Below the pieces are notes generated by a model. That model made no database searches, was not told where the DNA came from, and saw nothing but the letters and a program-made list of their open reading frames with translations. A stretch of DNA of 52,605 nucleotides, from assembly GCF_001194135.2 (NCBI RefSeq), contig NC_068995.1, positions 23,233,705 to 23,286,309 of the forward strand, written 5' to 3'. Source of the stretch: Octopus bimaculoides. Its lineage: Eukaryota. Position numbers and translations under genes: made by a program. Positions 12,891 through 26,345 of the stretch are shown here, in pieces. Numbering within the stretch: position 1 is the first letter of the stretch; every line of letters begins with the position of its first letter.

Positions 12891-15100
12891 AGAGAGCACG
12901 CATCATAGATGTTTTTGAAAAGCCTTCACTCTGCATCTTTCTGCAACAACGAGAAGAGAGTGATAGTAGGGAACATCGTTTTTATAAATCCTCTTGACAA
13001 ACCAATTGTATAGCAATATATTCACGAGCTAATTTTCCGAAATCATTTTAGACTGTTATAGCAAACCATCGTTCTACTTTATATTCGATGCTGTGTTAAC
13101 GCTAAATTAATATAATATTAGTGTTTTAGATTTATGGCATAGGTCTTATTTATAAAATATCAAAGGCAACATGTCAGCTTTCAAGTGGAAACCAGTGCTC
13201 TTCAACTGGAGCTATTGATTTTACCTTATCAATTTATTCTACAACTATTCCACATCACCGTAGACCATAAAGACAATGACTAACGGATTTATGGCCTTTA
13301 ACATTCAACGCCGATAAGAATTGCGACAAAGAGATGACATAAAGAGTGTATTGGAGAAGAAAGCATAAATGGATTAAGTAGTAACCTATTGGAATATTTT
13401 GTTTTTGCAAACTTTCATCTTAAACTAAGCACAATGAAATCTAATTTAGTCAATCACTTCTGATAATAGTTATAAGATCAATATGTTTTCCAATATAAAC
13501 TTCAAATAAGCAGAATATTCTGTTCAATTGATATTCAGATGTGATAAACATTTGATTGCTTTCAAATGTTAATATCAGTAGGTTACCTGTCAAATACAAT
13601 TCCGAAGACGTTATTGTAGACACATTTTCTCTGTATAAAATATGTTAATGTAATCTAGCTGAGGTAAGACATTTTGTGATGTCAAAAGCTTGGGCAAAGT
13701 TAACAATTTGTTCAGACATTATACTCTTAATGTATTGGACGGATTATGGTTAAGATAGAATGCTTCCCACTGTTACTCCTGCGGCTTTAATCCAATATTC
13801 TCGTATTTCAGAGTGTAAAATATTTCTTTAACCAATGCCCGGTGTGTTGAAATGTCAAATTTCTGTGATTAACTATTATGTAAATAAATAACTACGAATG
13901 GTAACTTGGCAACACGTTGTTCTTACATTTCTGTAAACAATATCAAACATCTGCTCATATACAATTCATTTCTGTGTTGTATCTTTTAGTGTTCCTCTGA
14001 ATGGATTGTATTTCATCTTTTCTATCTGCTAGAATTTATGGCGTCAGCTTCAATAACTTCATTATGTGTGAAAGCAAATAACAGAATAATTCTATTATAA
14101 ACACTTACTGCAATTAAATCATTAACTATTAAAGTGAAATGATAAATCTACTGCAATATATTTAATGTTTTAAAATACAAAGAGAGAAGAAAAATTTATT
14201 TGTTAAAAACACAAATGCTCAGAAATGGATACAGAAATTATCAATGTTGCAATATTATTGATTTCTCCCACAGCCTTAAAGTTATATACTGAAAAGGAAC
14301 GAGGAAGGTAATTAAGAGATGTCTATAATTTTCGCATGCGCATCATTAATTTCCACTAAATACAATCGCTGGGAATTAGCTACAAATCAGTTGGACATTC
14401 GTTAATCTATGCTGTGAATGGATCGCCGCGGCAAGCCGAGATAACACTCTCTTCAGTTATCTATTTAGTAACCCTCATAATTGCAGATTCAGTGTCGACA
14501 TACATAGATGTTTTCTTGCAATTAATGAGTGCTTTGAAGTGTTTTCAAAGGTCATTTGATTTATATATACATGTTATAGTTATTATTTAATACTTTAACA
14601 TTGTAAAAATATACAATTTGTCTATAAACAATGGATTTCGATAACATTAAGTGCGCTCTTCCATTGAGGATTGAAAATATACGATTAGAAGCCTTTGCCA
14701 CCATATATTAGGGAAAAAATAGTATCAATAAAAGCTACTATAATGGGACAAGTCTGAATAAGCTGTTAAATCAGGTTATGAGTACAATACGCAATTTGGC
14801 AAGAATCGATCGGTTAGTCGTTGCAGTAATAACAGAAAAATCATGCATATGCAAGATATATTCTTAATTCCGGCACTAAACAATACAGTCCGTTGGCAGT
14901 TCACTCACTGAGATTAAAGACTAATTTAAATTTGTATTTCTACATGTCTCTTTTTCAATTTTTATACGCGCACGCTCGCGTGTGCGCGTACATGTGTGTG
15001 TGTGTGTCTGTCTGTCTATCTCTATATGTGTATGTGTGTGTGTCTGTGCGTGTGCATTCAAGTATGTGTGCAGAAACTCATACCAATTATATATACAAAT

Positions 15101-15175
15101 GAGAAGAAGAAGAAGAAGAAGAAGAAGAAGAAGAAGAAGAAGAAGAAGAAGAAGAAGAAGAAGAAGAAGAAGAAG
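15101..15175. repeat. (GAA)n microsatellite
   Basis: Perfect run; it explains the poly-R and poly-K pseudo-ORFs. Confidence 0.97.
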
Positions 15176-15190
15176 GCAAATAACAATAAC

Positions 15191-15320
15191 TTAGTTACAT
15201 TGGTTTCAATTTTTGGCACAATGCCAGCAATTTCAGGGAGAAGTAAATCGATTATATTGATCTTTGTTCAACTGGCATATCACTATCGGTATTTCAACTC
15301 AGAACGTAAAGCCAGAAGAA
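15191..15320 (-). mobile_element. SINE family B fragment
   Basis: attggtttcaatttttggcacaatgccagcaatttc...tcgattatattg...caactggc...aactcagaacgtaaa is homologous to 41872-41992 and the reverse complement of 42246-42440. Confidence 0.7.
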
Positions 15321-15324
15321 AGTC

Positions 15325-16685
15325 CGTAGGCTCCACATACACCCATGTGGTGGGGTGTACATGTCCTTTGTCTTTTTTACGTTAATATATTGACCAAAAT
15401 CAGTGATTGCATTGGAGAATGTCTAATATATTCGGTATGTTTTTCCCTGAACGAGCCACATACCCCGCATCATCAGCATAAAAGAATAACAAATGTCCGA
15501 AAAGAATGCCGAATGTTTGAAACGTCTTTGATTAAATCTTTTGCCAGAGCCTTTCTATCGCACGGACACACCAAATTCCAAATCGTTGAAGACATACGTA
15601 AATAGCACGGCAAAGTATACGGAGATTAGAGTGGTTGTTGGAATTGTCACCTTGTCTAATATCGTTTTCCACTGGAATTGGCCGTGAAAGTGTCCCATTC
15701 AAGTTCACTTTCGCCCTCATGTTTTGGTTAGGGTTAGGGTTTTTGAATATTCCAATAAATTCATGAGGTCATCCCAGATTCCTCAAAATGACCTACTATG
15801 ATTGCACTATGATTAATAGCATCGAAGGCTCTCGTTGCTTAACATATATCTACATTATCTGGAGGGTTGAGAAAAGCCTGTCTGTAGTACTTCGCCCAGA
15901 TCTAAATCCAACCTAGCACCATGGCGAAACCATTTTGTTAGGCGATTCAGCAAAATGTTGGATAAAACTTTTCCTATCGATTCAAGTACTTATACTACGA
16001 GAGTCAGCACATTCAGAAATGGAGACCTTACCCTTGAAAATGGAAAGCATACTTGCATACCCAGTCGTTCGGACAGACTCGACACGCCGTACAGAGAAAA
16101 CTAGTCAATGCATAGCCATAGCCACCTTATTTCCTTCAAGAGTGTAACATGTATTCCATCCAGACTTGGAGCTATTCCTATGTTTATGGCTTTGATATTA
16201 TTTCTCATCTCATTAATGGTTGGATTATCCATCATTTCTGTCGTAATCTCCTTTTGCGGCTGCTCATTAATAATTACATCATCAACAACAGATGGGTTAT
16301 CACACACATCTTTAAAGTCTTCACCGATTCATGATTGTTCCTGGATCTTCGATGACGACATATTCATTTGTTTGACTTCAATGGCGCCAATTTTGAAGGT
16401 TGTCAGCCAAAAAACGTGCTTTATTGTATTGTATAATACTTTCAAATCTCAGCAGCTATATGCTCTCTGCGTTTCCGCTGATACTTCAGATCACCAGATA
16501 TTCTTAATCTGTCGAGTTTTACATTTCACCTTTTAATTTGCTTCTTCAGACCTCAAACGTGGTGAGTACTGAACTTCTGCAGCAAAGGCACTTCCCATTC
16601 AGCTTGTACTTCTATTCAATGAGCTTGGTCATTGCAGCATAGTTATCATCAAACCAATCTTCGCATACTTTGAATTGACTCCACC
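15325..16685 (-). mobile_element. Decayed RTE-clade LINE ORF2 fragment (linker plus RT)
   Basis: Minus frames: DWFDDN; NPSVVDDVIINEQPQKEITTEMMDNPTINEMRNNIKAINIGIAPSLDGI; GFRSGRSTTD; FDAINH; MRAKVNLNGTLSRPIPVENDIRQGD; FYADD (15469-15480); INVKKTKDMYTPP. Confidence 0.92.
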
Positions 16686-16689
16686 ACTT

Positions 16690-17028
16690 ATTTATTTTAA
16701 GCATGGTACTTATTCTATCGATCCCTTCTTAACATCTAAGTTATGGAATTAAAACACACCAACATCGGTTTTCAGATGGTAATGGAGGGCAAACACGGAC
16801 ACACACACACACACACACACACGCGCGCACAAACACACATACACACACACACGTACACACACACATATATGACAGGCTTCTTTCAGGTTCCGTCTACCAA
16901 ATCAACTCACAAGGTCCTGGTCGACCCTACGCTTTCGTAGACGACACCTGCCCTAGTTGCTACGCAGTGGTACTAAACCAGGAACCGTGTGGTGGAGAAG
17001 CATGCTTCGTACTACACAACCACGCCTG
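16690..17028 (-). mobile_element. tRNA-derived SINE, family A
   Basis: Reverse complement starts caggcgtggttgtgtagtacgaagcatgcttctcc...ggttcctggtttagtaccactgcgtagc; internal (CA)n; same body as 433-806. Confidence 0.85.
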
Positions 17029-17229
17029 AAAGATGTCCTGGGTTTACGCGTTTAGAAAAACAGCGAAGCCACGTAGAATAGAAAACTCAGGGCTCAGTTT
17101 GAACAAGTTACGTTAACAACAATGAATCCAAGAAAAAACATTTTGTTTCAGCATGAGGCAAATATTAGCTAAATGAAAGAAAGAGAAAAGCTGTATAAAA
17201 CAGATGGACAGACAAATAGGAGATGCGAC

Positions 17230-17770
17230 AGGTAATAAGGATGAGAGTGGTCTCCATAATGGTGATAAATTGTTGGGATTGGTTCTGGCGTGCAAATGAG
17301 AAAGGAAAAAATGATTATGGTGGTGATAATGCTAAACATGGTGAGGTTGAATGTGATGGTGCCGCTGGTGATGGTAGTGATAATAACCATGATAGTCGTG
17401 ATAGCAGTGGATTTGAGATGGTGATGCTGGCATTTCAGTGAGTGGTGATGATATGGAGCAGTGGTTATGGTGGTGGTGGGGATCGGAAGGTCTGTTCTGG
17501 CAAGGCTGTTAAGAGTTTGTGATGTCACTCATGGCGAAGAATGGTGTAACGACAGTGGAAATGATGCAAAATATACTGGAAGACAATGATGCAGAATTTA
17601 AATGAAAACCTCCGCCACAAGTAACATCACCTGCATAATTGCGACAAACGTCAGCGCTGTCAAAATCTGTTGTCACCACCGTCGTCGTCGTCATCATCAT
17701 CATCGTCAGCATCATCATCGTTCTCATCAACAGCAACAACATCATAACCATCATCAGAATGAGCACCTCT
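17230..17770. repeat. Degenerate (GAT/GGT)n tract followed by a complementary (CAT/CGT/CAC)n tract
   Basis: 17230-17480 is GAT/GGT-rich; 17670-17765 is CAT/CGT-rich. Confidence 0.7.
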
Positions 17771-19265
17771 GTCGCTACAACTACTCCGTAATTCAGGTTA
17801 ACTGATTGTGCATATTACATCAAGGTACTTTGTATCACATGTTCGAAGTTAATTATAAACTAAACTTTTTATGATACAGAAGTGATAGGATTGATAGGTT
17901 GTATAGTGGTCTGCACCATTCGACCTGTCAGTGGGATAACGACCTGGTCTACTATACGGTACGTGTTTTCTATTCTCGTTACCTAAGCAATACTTTCTCT
18001 CGTGGTGTCATTTATACAATATCTATGTCTTTCTCTTCAAATATTATCTTGGATTACTAATATTTTGCATTTATTATTCTCCTTGGATGGCTTACGAAAC
18101 CTTATTCTTGTGATGCATGTGAACACATGCATGCTAAAATACAAAATACAAAGCAAAAAGTTTAAAAAATAATGTGCCCTTTAAAATAGCTTTCGCTTTA
18201 GTTGATGATACTGCATCATGTAAAAAGAAGACTTATCCATCACATTTTTAGTCAACGTGAAAATATTCAACAATTTTATCAATACAATAATATATTTGCT
18301 TATATCAGATCTTATCGTTAATCACCTTGTTTATATGCATGCACATACATGAACACTTATATATACACATACATAAACACACACGCATATTTATATATAC
18401 TTGCATACAGGTACGAATACTTATCTTCAAGTATTTCACCTGGCGTAGTGATTCTCTCTAATTGAGATATTCTCTCTTTTGTAAAGCAACTAAGCAACTA
18501 CTCAACAATAAAATTGTATTGTTTTCAATCAGTTTTAATGAAACAGTATATAATTAGGTTTCATTAAGTGATTATTCTTACTCGTTTGTATCATCACATG
18601 TAGTGGATCCAATGAGCTTTGAGTTCATATATTTATCCACACGTCCATTTCTACTGTATTGTCGAGGGTGGAAGCACTTTAAGTCTAAAGTGTTTTCTTT
18701 TCAACTGGTGTTAGTGGTTCACAAAAATTATTTTCAGGTCACAACTATATCTCTAACTCACCACGTTGTATGAATATTTTGTAGCGTAGAGGATAAAAAG
18801 AGAAGGGTTCTGGCAGAATGAACCGAATCAATGAAGTTAATACGAGAAGGAAAATAAGTATCTAATATTCAGAATTCAATTACGATGTTATCACAGTTGT
18901 AATTAAAATTCATACCTTCTGAAATGTTACAATTTAAGAGCGGATAAATAGAGTGACCCGTCTTCATATAACTGCTATATTTCAAATTTCAGCCACACGT
19001 GTATTATTTATGACTTTTCGTATATTAGTTATTGCATATTTTTAAACTACTCAAGTGTTTGTTATAAGCTATGTCTTACCGCATATTTTGCTTCACTTTC
19101 ATCTTATTTTCAAACGGGATTTTTTATGTCGAAGTATGTGCAGTCACATAAACTGAGCATTTTGACAAACGCTTATTGCAAATAAATCAATACGGTTCCA
19201 ATCATGGAAGACAATACACAAAGACTAACGCATATTTATTCATATTCCTTGAAATATACTAATAT

Positions 19266-19450
19266 GACGCAGGCGTGTGTTTATGTCTCCGTAAATTAGC
19301 AGTTCAGCAAAAGCGATTCATAGAATAAGTAGTAGGTTTTAAAATAGGACTTGGTGCTGATTTGTTCGACATGAACCCCTCGAAGCAGTGTTCCAGCATG
19401 GCCGCAGTCAAATGATTTAAACAAATGAAAAGATAAATGAACAAAAGATA
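19266..19450 (+). mobile_element. Internally deleted SINE family A
   Basis: Head start gacgcaggcgtg is fused directly to the tail (tgtttatgtctccgtaaattagcagttcagcaaaagcgattcatagaataagta...ccagcatggccgcagtcaaatga). Confidence 0.75.
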
Positions 19451-20221
19451 CATAATTGAATAAATGTGATAATTAATAGAACATTAACATCATCACATAA
19501 TCCATAGGCTTTATTATTTACGGATTAGAATTTTACATCATGTTTTAAATTAGCAAACTGCAATTTCATTTGCAATTGGAATACAAAATATATATTAATG
19601 ACATTATGAACCAAAAATCCTACTCGTATCATTACAATTCTGCCTTTTGGCATATGGATCAATAGAAATGTGTGGCTACATCAGTGCATTTCAGCTTTTA
19701 TTTCAAAGTGGGTTGATATGACCTTGAGTTGTCTCGGTATTTCTATTGAAATTTCATGGGAGGCGTTTGATGATATTTAAAATCATTGGTATAAGCTTTG
19801 GTGTAACCACACTGTTCTAGTGGTCTGCTGAGCTCGTTCTTTTTTTTGGCTATTTGATCTGCAAAGATTTGGGAATACAACTGTATTGTATAGTGCGTAA
19901 CATGCATACCAGTGCATACAGGTAAACATTTTATTATATTCTCAAATTATTAGTACATGACAAAGACTTCGAAACGGGCGTATTCATAAGGAAAACTAGT
20001 AGTTAAGTAGATGAGTTCACCACACATAATTCATATTTCATGCTTTATATAATTCTCATGAAATAACATTGGCGATCGGATCTCCTGCACTTTTTCATAG
20101 AACTCTGCTTAACATTTTTCTGTATTGGGTCACTACATTGTCTGCTAGTCGAGTCCGCTTGAGCCTTCTGTAATAGGCATAGTATTATATGAATTTTTTA
20201 TATTTGACCAGAGATTTATAC

Positions 20222-20230
20222 ACTCACACG

Positions 20231-20324
<94 letters not shown>

Positions 20325-20520
20325 CATATATATATACATATATACGTATATATACACGCACGCATACACCGACACCCACACATATATATATTTACTTATA
20401 TATGTATATATACACATAGGTACACACATATATGCACGTGTGTATGCATATTTACATACACATAAATATATGTGTGTACATGTGTGTGTATGTGTGTGTA
20501 TGCGCGTAGCTGTTTATACG
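20222..20520. repeat. (CA)n(TA)n compound microsatellite with degenerate flanks
   Basis: Read directly. Confidence 0.9.
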
Positions 20521-21199
20521 TATGTTTGTACGTATAATCTAGTTTCCGTATGTGTGAGTGCGTATAGATTTATTTATGTATTTAGCGTTTCCCGCAGTGT
20601 GAATACGTAAGTTTGGATTTTAGAACACACATTTGTGTATGTAAACAATGTTAAAATTAATACCATGTGTATATAAGGAATTTTAGGAATATTCAGAATT
20701 CACCGGGTTTTGGAAAATATTTAAAAAATAATTAAACTGACGTTTTAATGGGATATTCTATTTTGCAAAGTACGCATTTGTTTCTGTCACATGTATATGC
20801 ATAACGTAAATACAGCGCAGGTCACTTTGACATCTGACTCGATGCACCGTATTTGAGTGTTGGAAAATGTAATACAAAAATTATAGGATAGAATAGAATC
20901 AAAATTGGGAAAATATTATTTGAGATGATAGATATGCTGTAACGTATAATTACTAATATTTATATCACTAAAAATCTCTAAACATTTCATTTCTTTGTTT
21001 ATTTAGTCCTTTGAAAAATAGAAAATAAAATAAACATTGATTCTGAACGAAGTTCAATAGTTTATTTCGAAACATACCTTTAAATTAACATTTGCACGTT
21101 CTCACTTTACTTTACCTCCATTCATTGTTTATATTGATTTTATGGTCACCCATTTTTCCCTATGCCACTGCCCTTATTTCTCTCTTTAGTTCCATCCCT

Positions 21200-21225
21200 C
21201 CCCTCTCTCTCTCACTTACTCTCTC

Positions 21226-21291
<66 letters not shown>
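21200..21291. repeat. (CT)n microsatellite at the start of a pyrimidine-rich region extending to ~22070
   Basis: Read directly. Confidence 0.9.
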
Positions 21292-21293
<2 letters not shown>

Positions 21294-22194
21294 TAGCGCT
21301 CTGTCGCCCACTGCTTTCTTTCTGTTTACGTTACGTTTTCCTTTTAATATCGCTTCCATTTATATATTTCACATTATCAATGTTTATTTTGTTTTCATTT
21401 CAGTGTCTTTTACTTACCCTTACCCAACTCCGTACTATTGTTTCTCCCACACCCTATCCTTCCAATACCTGCCCCTCTTTCATTGTTTACATATTTGCAA
21501 TTTTTGTTTTCTGGAAATAAGAAGCTGTTGTGTTTTAATCAAACACTATGTCTCTCTCGCTTTGTTCTTCTCGCCTCATACTTTCTTTCTCATTCGATTA
21601 CACCGTCACATTTCCATTATTTCTTTCTTTTGCACATTCTATCTTCCATTCATTACTCTTTTAACTATTAGCCGTCTACATTCTCTCATTCTCATTCTCA
21701 TTTGTTCTGCATAACTCTCTTTTTGATAGTCAACTATCTTTGTTACTCGTTTGGCATTTTCACTTATTCCTATTTCCTATATGAAATTATTTGGCTATTT
21801 AATGATCACAAGCGCCCACTCTCACAGACTGCCTTCTTTTTCTCTTGTTATTTTCATTTCTCTCTCTGTCATTTCAACACTTCCTAATTCATACAATGAT
21901 ATACACACCTTCCTTTCTATACGCCTCTATCCGCGTATCTCTCGGTCGCTCTCTCCTATCTTCTATCAACCCAACACTATGTTCTTTGATCTTCTGTTGG
22001 TCTTACATCGATGGGGAATCGTAACATTAGTTTTCAATAACGTTGCTATAGCATATAATTTTCTATTTCGGTAGATGTATGTGACACACGAGATGAAGGC
22101 AGACAATACAGAGTGGGGGCTTCATAAAAATAGCGTTGGTTAGGAAACTGAACGGTTTATATCGATACAAATATGTTTGTGTGTGCAAGTGTAC

Positions 22195-22240
<46 letters not shown>

Positions 22241-22670
22241 NNNNNNNNNNNNNNNNNNNNNNNNNNNNNNNNNNNNNNNNNNNNNNNNNNNNNNNNNNNN
22301 NNNNNNNNNNNNNNNNNNNNNNNNNNNNNNNNNNNNNNNNNNNNNNNNNNNNNNNNNNNNNNNNNNNNNNNNNNNNNNNNNNNNNNNNNNNNNNNNNNNN
22401 NNNNNNNNNNNNNNNNNNNNNNNNNNNNNNNNNNNNNNNNNNNNNNNNNNNNNNNNNNNNNNNNNNNNNNNNNNNNNNNNNNNNNNNNNNNNNNNNNNNN
22501 NNNNNNNNNNNNNNNNNNNNNNNNNNNNNNNNNNNNNNNNNNNNNNNNNNNNNNNNNNNNNNNNNNNNNNNNNNNNNNNNNNNNNNNNNNNNNNNNNNNN
22601 NNNNNNNNNNNNNNNNNNNNNNNNNNNNNNNNNNNNNNNNNNNNNNNNNNNNNNNNNNNNNNNNNNNNNN
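22241..22670. other. Assembly gap within (TA)n
   Basis: N run flanked by TA repeats. Confidence 1.
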
Positions 22671-22708
<38 letters not shown>

Positions 22709-23115
22709 TATATGTATGTATGCATACACATAGATACATAGATATATGTCTACGCGTGAACAAAATCACATACACAGATATATATGTTTTCATGCGTGTA
22801 ATATATTATGGGGGATAGAAATACGTAAAGAGATGGAAGTTCGCAAAGAAGATATAGTTGTGAATATCAGCGCAAGTTAAAATATGAAAACATAATAAAA
22901 AGCAATCCAATTTTCAATTGTTTAGTGGTTACATTTCTAGAAACTCTTAAATAATGCGCCTGATTTCACACTGTACGATATATTGGCATTCTTAAGTGGT
23001 GACAAATCAATATATTACGGTTATAAATGAGCGAGTAGATTGCTGGTACTAATTTGTTCCCGTCTTTAAAATTGAAGTATATAAATGGAATGAAACGAAA
23101 TAGGAATAAGCTGTA

Positions 23116-23759
23116 NNNNNNNNNNNNNNNNNNNNNNNNNNNNNNNNNNNNNNNNNNNNNNNNNNNNNNNNNNNNNNNNNNNNNNNNNNNNNNNNNNNNN
23201 NNNNNNNNNNNNNNNNNNNNNNNNNNNNNNNNNNNNNNNNNNNNNNNNNNNNNNNNNNNNNNNNNNNNNNNNNNNNNNNNNNNNNNNNNNNNNNNNNNNN
23301 NNNNNNNNNNNNNNNNNNNNNNNNNNNNNNNNNNNNNNNNNNNNNNNNNNNNNNNNNNNNNNNNNNNNNNNNNNNNNNNNNNNNNNNNNNNNNNNNNNNN
23401 NNNNNNNNNNNNNNNNNNNNNNNNNNNNNNNNNNNNNNNNNNNNNNNNNNNNNNNNNNNNNNNNNNNNNNNNNNNNNNNNNNNNNNNNNNNNNNNNNNNN
23501 NNNNNNNNNNNNNNNNNNNNNNNNNNNNNNNNNNNNNNNNNNNNNNNNNNNNNNNNNNNNNNNNNNNNNNNNNNNNNNNNNNNNNNNNNNNNNNNNNNNN
23601 NNNNNNNNNNNNNNNNNNNNNNNNNNNNNNNNNNNNNNNNNNNNNNNNNNNNNNNNNNNNNNNNNNNNNNNNNNNNNNNNNNNNNNNNNNNNNNNNNNNN
23701 NNNNNNNNNNNNNNNNNNNNNNNNNNNNNNNNNNNNNNNNNNNNNNNNNNNNNNNNNNN
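23116..23759. other. Assembly gap
   Basis: N run. Confidence 1.
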
Positions 23760-23812
23760 CAACACCCAGTGCACAACTGGTACTTATTTCATCCAGCTGA
23801 CTTCGGCGGAAG
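23760..23812 (-). mobile_element. SINE family B fragment
   Basis: cccagtgcacaactggtacttatttcatc...gacttcggcgga matches the family B body. Confidence 0.55.
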
Positions 23813-23894
23813 AAGAAAGCCCGAAGAAAAAATCTGGAGATCTGGTTCGAACTAACTCCGAGCACTTTCATCGGGCGTCCGAGCTAACGAAAGT

Positions 23895-24400
23895 AATCAC
23901 CGTTGATTAACATAGTCTAATCTCGCCACATATCTAGCTACAAACCCAAAGACGCATCAGGCCTTTGTACATGCCTACTACTCTTTAAGAATAATGTGGA
24001 TCACTTCTATATTCGAAGGTTCCGACAGCATCACAGTCCACGCATGCCAATACGGTGCTCCTGTGATTCAATTTCATCTCTATAATTCGTAACAAAGTTT
24101 CTAGAGCTAAATATACAAGGCATGGAAAAAGGAGAATCACCGGTTGACCGAGTGTTCGATGATAAAGTGTTCCAAGAGATGGTCGTTTAACTGAATCCCT
24201 ATACCGATGGTTCTATACACTGTTGCGAAGTGAGTGTTCCGTGCTGTGTCTTTTGCAGCTAAAGGACATGCCAACTGTGTTTATGTTTGAAAGGCAGGCT
24301 TGGAGTTTCAAGGAATATAGAAGTGGCGTCGTCGATCAAGTTACATGAGATAGTAAATACGAAGAATGGAGTCATGGCTCTGCCGAATAGCTACTAGGTA
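23895..24400 (-). mobile_element. Decayed L1/Tx1-like LINE RT fragment
   Basis: Minus frames: ATVYRTIGIGIQLNDHLLEHFIIEHSVNR (cf. VNGHLSEPF.I.RSVRQG), LVYLALETLLRIIE (cf. LYVLALEPLL), SLGL*LDMWR (cf. SVGLRLGTWR). Confidence 0.7.
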
Positions 24401-26148
24401 GCAGCCTAGATACTGAGGAGCATAAGATTCTTAGTTTTACACTTAGTAACAGGTAGCTTTACTTTAATCCTTTATAATAATAAATGCCTGAATCATTATG
24501 CAAATATAATATTACCTTTTACTCCTGAGTCGATGTAATGACACTACTCATGATATAGGTAATACATGCCTTGAAGCCAGTATCCGAAAATATTTTTTTA
24601 AATATGATTCTTGTCACATCTCACCGAACTATAAACGATTGTATAAATGCAGACCAATATTTATTTCAAAACATGACAATACTCTTCCCAGGTTGAAATA
24701 ATGTATGGAAATACCACCACAGATAATTTGTTAGGAGTCTTGCTAAGAATGTTATCAACTGGCATTATTTAATTACTCTTATATATCTAGAACTAAAATC
24801 TTTATACAAATATTGCAAAATAATGGCGCAATGATGTATTAAAATAAACAAAGTAGAAAGCAATACTGGGATCAATTGACTTGTTAGAATTATCTGCAAG
24901 ATCTTGAAATTACATTCTAGTAGATCGAGAAGAAGAATAACAGAATGGATGATGTAGTTCCAAAACAAAATACGGCGGATTACAGCTGGGTTGCATTTCT
25001 TCAACAATCACTTTATAAGAGAACTGATCTTGATTTTTAAAATGTTAATTAAAATTCAACATGCCAATTAAGTCCCAAATATATGTTGAAAACGATGTCC
25101 CATCTCCTTGGATAATATCGATAATCCATAGCCTCCTATATCAAGCTAGAAAAAAAATATCGCAGTAACAGATTATATTAGAATTTGTTTTTCTTTTACA
25201 TATCCACTGACGAAATATCTGTTCTGTGGCCGTTTATTCGCTTCTAATACGTTAATTTTGAGTGTCATATAATTGTAGTTTGCAGACGAAAAACATTTCA
25301 TACAATATTATTTACAGCGACTTCGTTAGTTTGTTCAAACAATTTTATGAAGTTACGATTTGGGAAACTCCGAAGTCACTGTCATTAACATTTTTTTCTG
25401 TATATGAAGTTATCTACGTGAACCGTGTTATATACATATGAATCATATTGGCAAATACGCATTTAAAATATAATAATTTTTATGGAAAATACTGATAATC
25501 CATAAATATATGAAACTACAATAAATATCTCAAGCATACTTTATAAGAATTTCTAATACGTTTAAAACGATTATTGATAATAATAAAAAAATTATCAGAA
25601 CACGCAGATTTCCATTTTTATTTGCGAGTTTCCACGCTAAGAATGTGATTAACAAACTATTGAAAAAACGTTTTTAAAAGAGATAATATCTAATGGCATA
25701 TATACTTCCCACTTTTCATGGTAAATCGAACAGTAAAACGTGATATTTCAGCCTAAATTCTCGATGGTTTTATCCACGCAGGAATTGGCTTATAACCTCT
25801 TAAAATCTAGAAATCAAATTAAGTTGAATAGAAATATAAAATATTTCGATTTTTAAAAAGGTGGAAGGAAGCATCATTTAGATAGGAAGAACTTGTATAA
25901 TAAATGTATCTATAAAATAACTGAAGAATTAAATGTACACTAAATTTCTTCAGGAAAACATTGTGTTCCACTTAAAACAGAAATTCGACTAATGAATAAA
26001 TTCATATGATGCATTTACATATACTTCATTTAGAATTACTTAATTTAAATATATTACATTTACATATGCTAAATTAGCACACTATACATTTACATACGAT
26101 ATGTTTCTCAGATAAGATGTAAATTAACAATCACTTTAAAAACATATG

Positions 26149-26154
<6 letters not shown>

Positions 26155-26198
<44 letters not shown>

Positions 26199-26275
26199 GT
26201 GTGTGTGGTTGTGTGTCTATATGTTCTTGTGCGAAGTATGTACGTGTGTGTCAATGTATGGATACACACGTAGGT

Positions 26276-26336
<61 letters not shown>

Positions 26337-26345
26337 CGTATGTGT
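26155..26345. repeat. Compound microsatellite containing a perfect 60-bp palindrome a(CA)10(TA)9(TG)10t at 26276-26335
   Basis: Read directly. Confidence 0.92.

Noticed and set aside
14333-14342. NRF1-like CGCATGCGCA motif near a small CpG cluster
   Set aside because: A single short motif with no other promoter evidence.
17509-17805. His/Met-rich ORFs with a Cys-containing tail
   Set aside because: They derive from degenerate (CAT)/(GAT) repeats.
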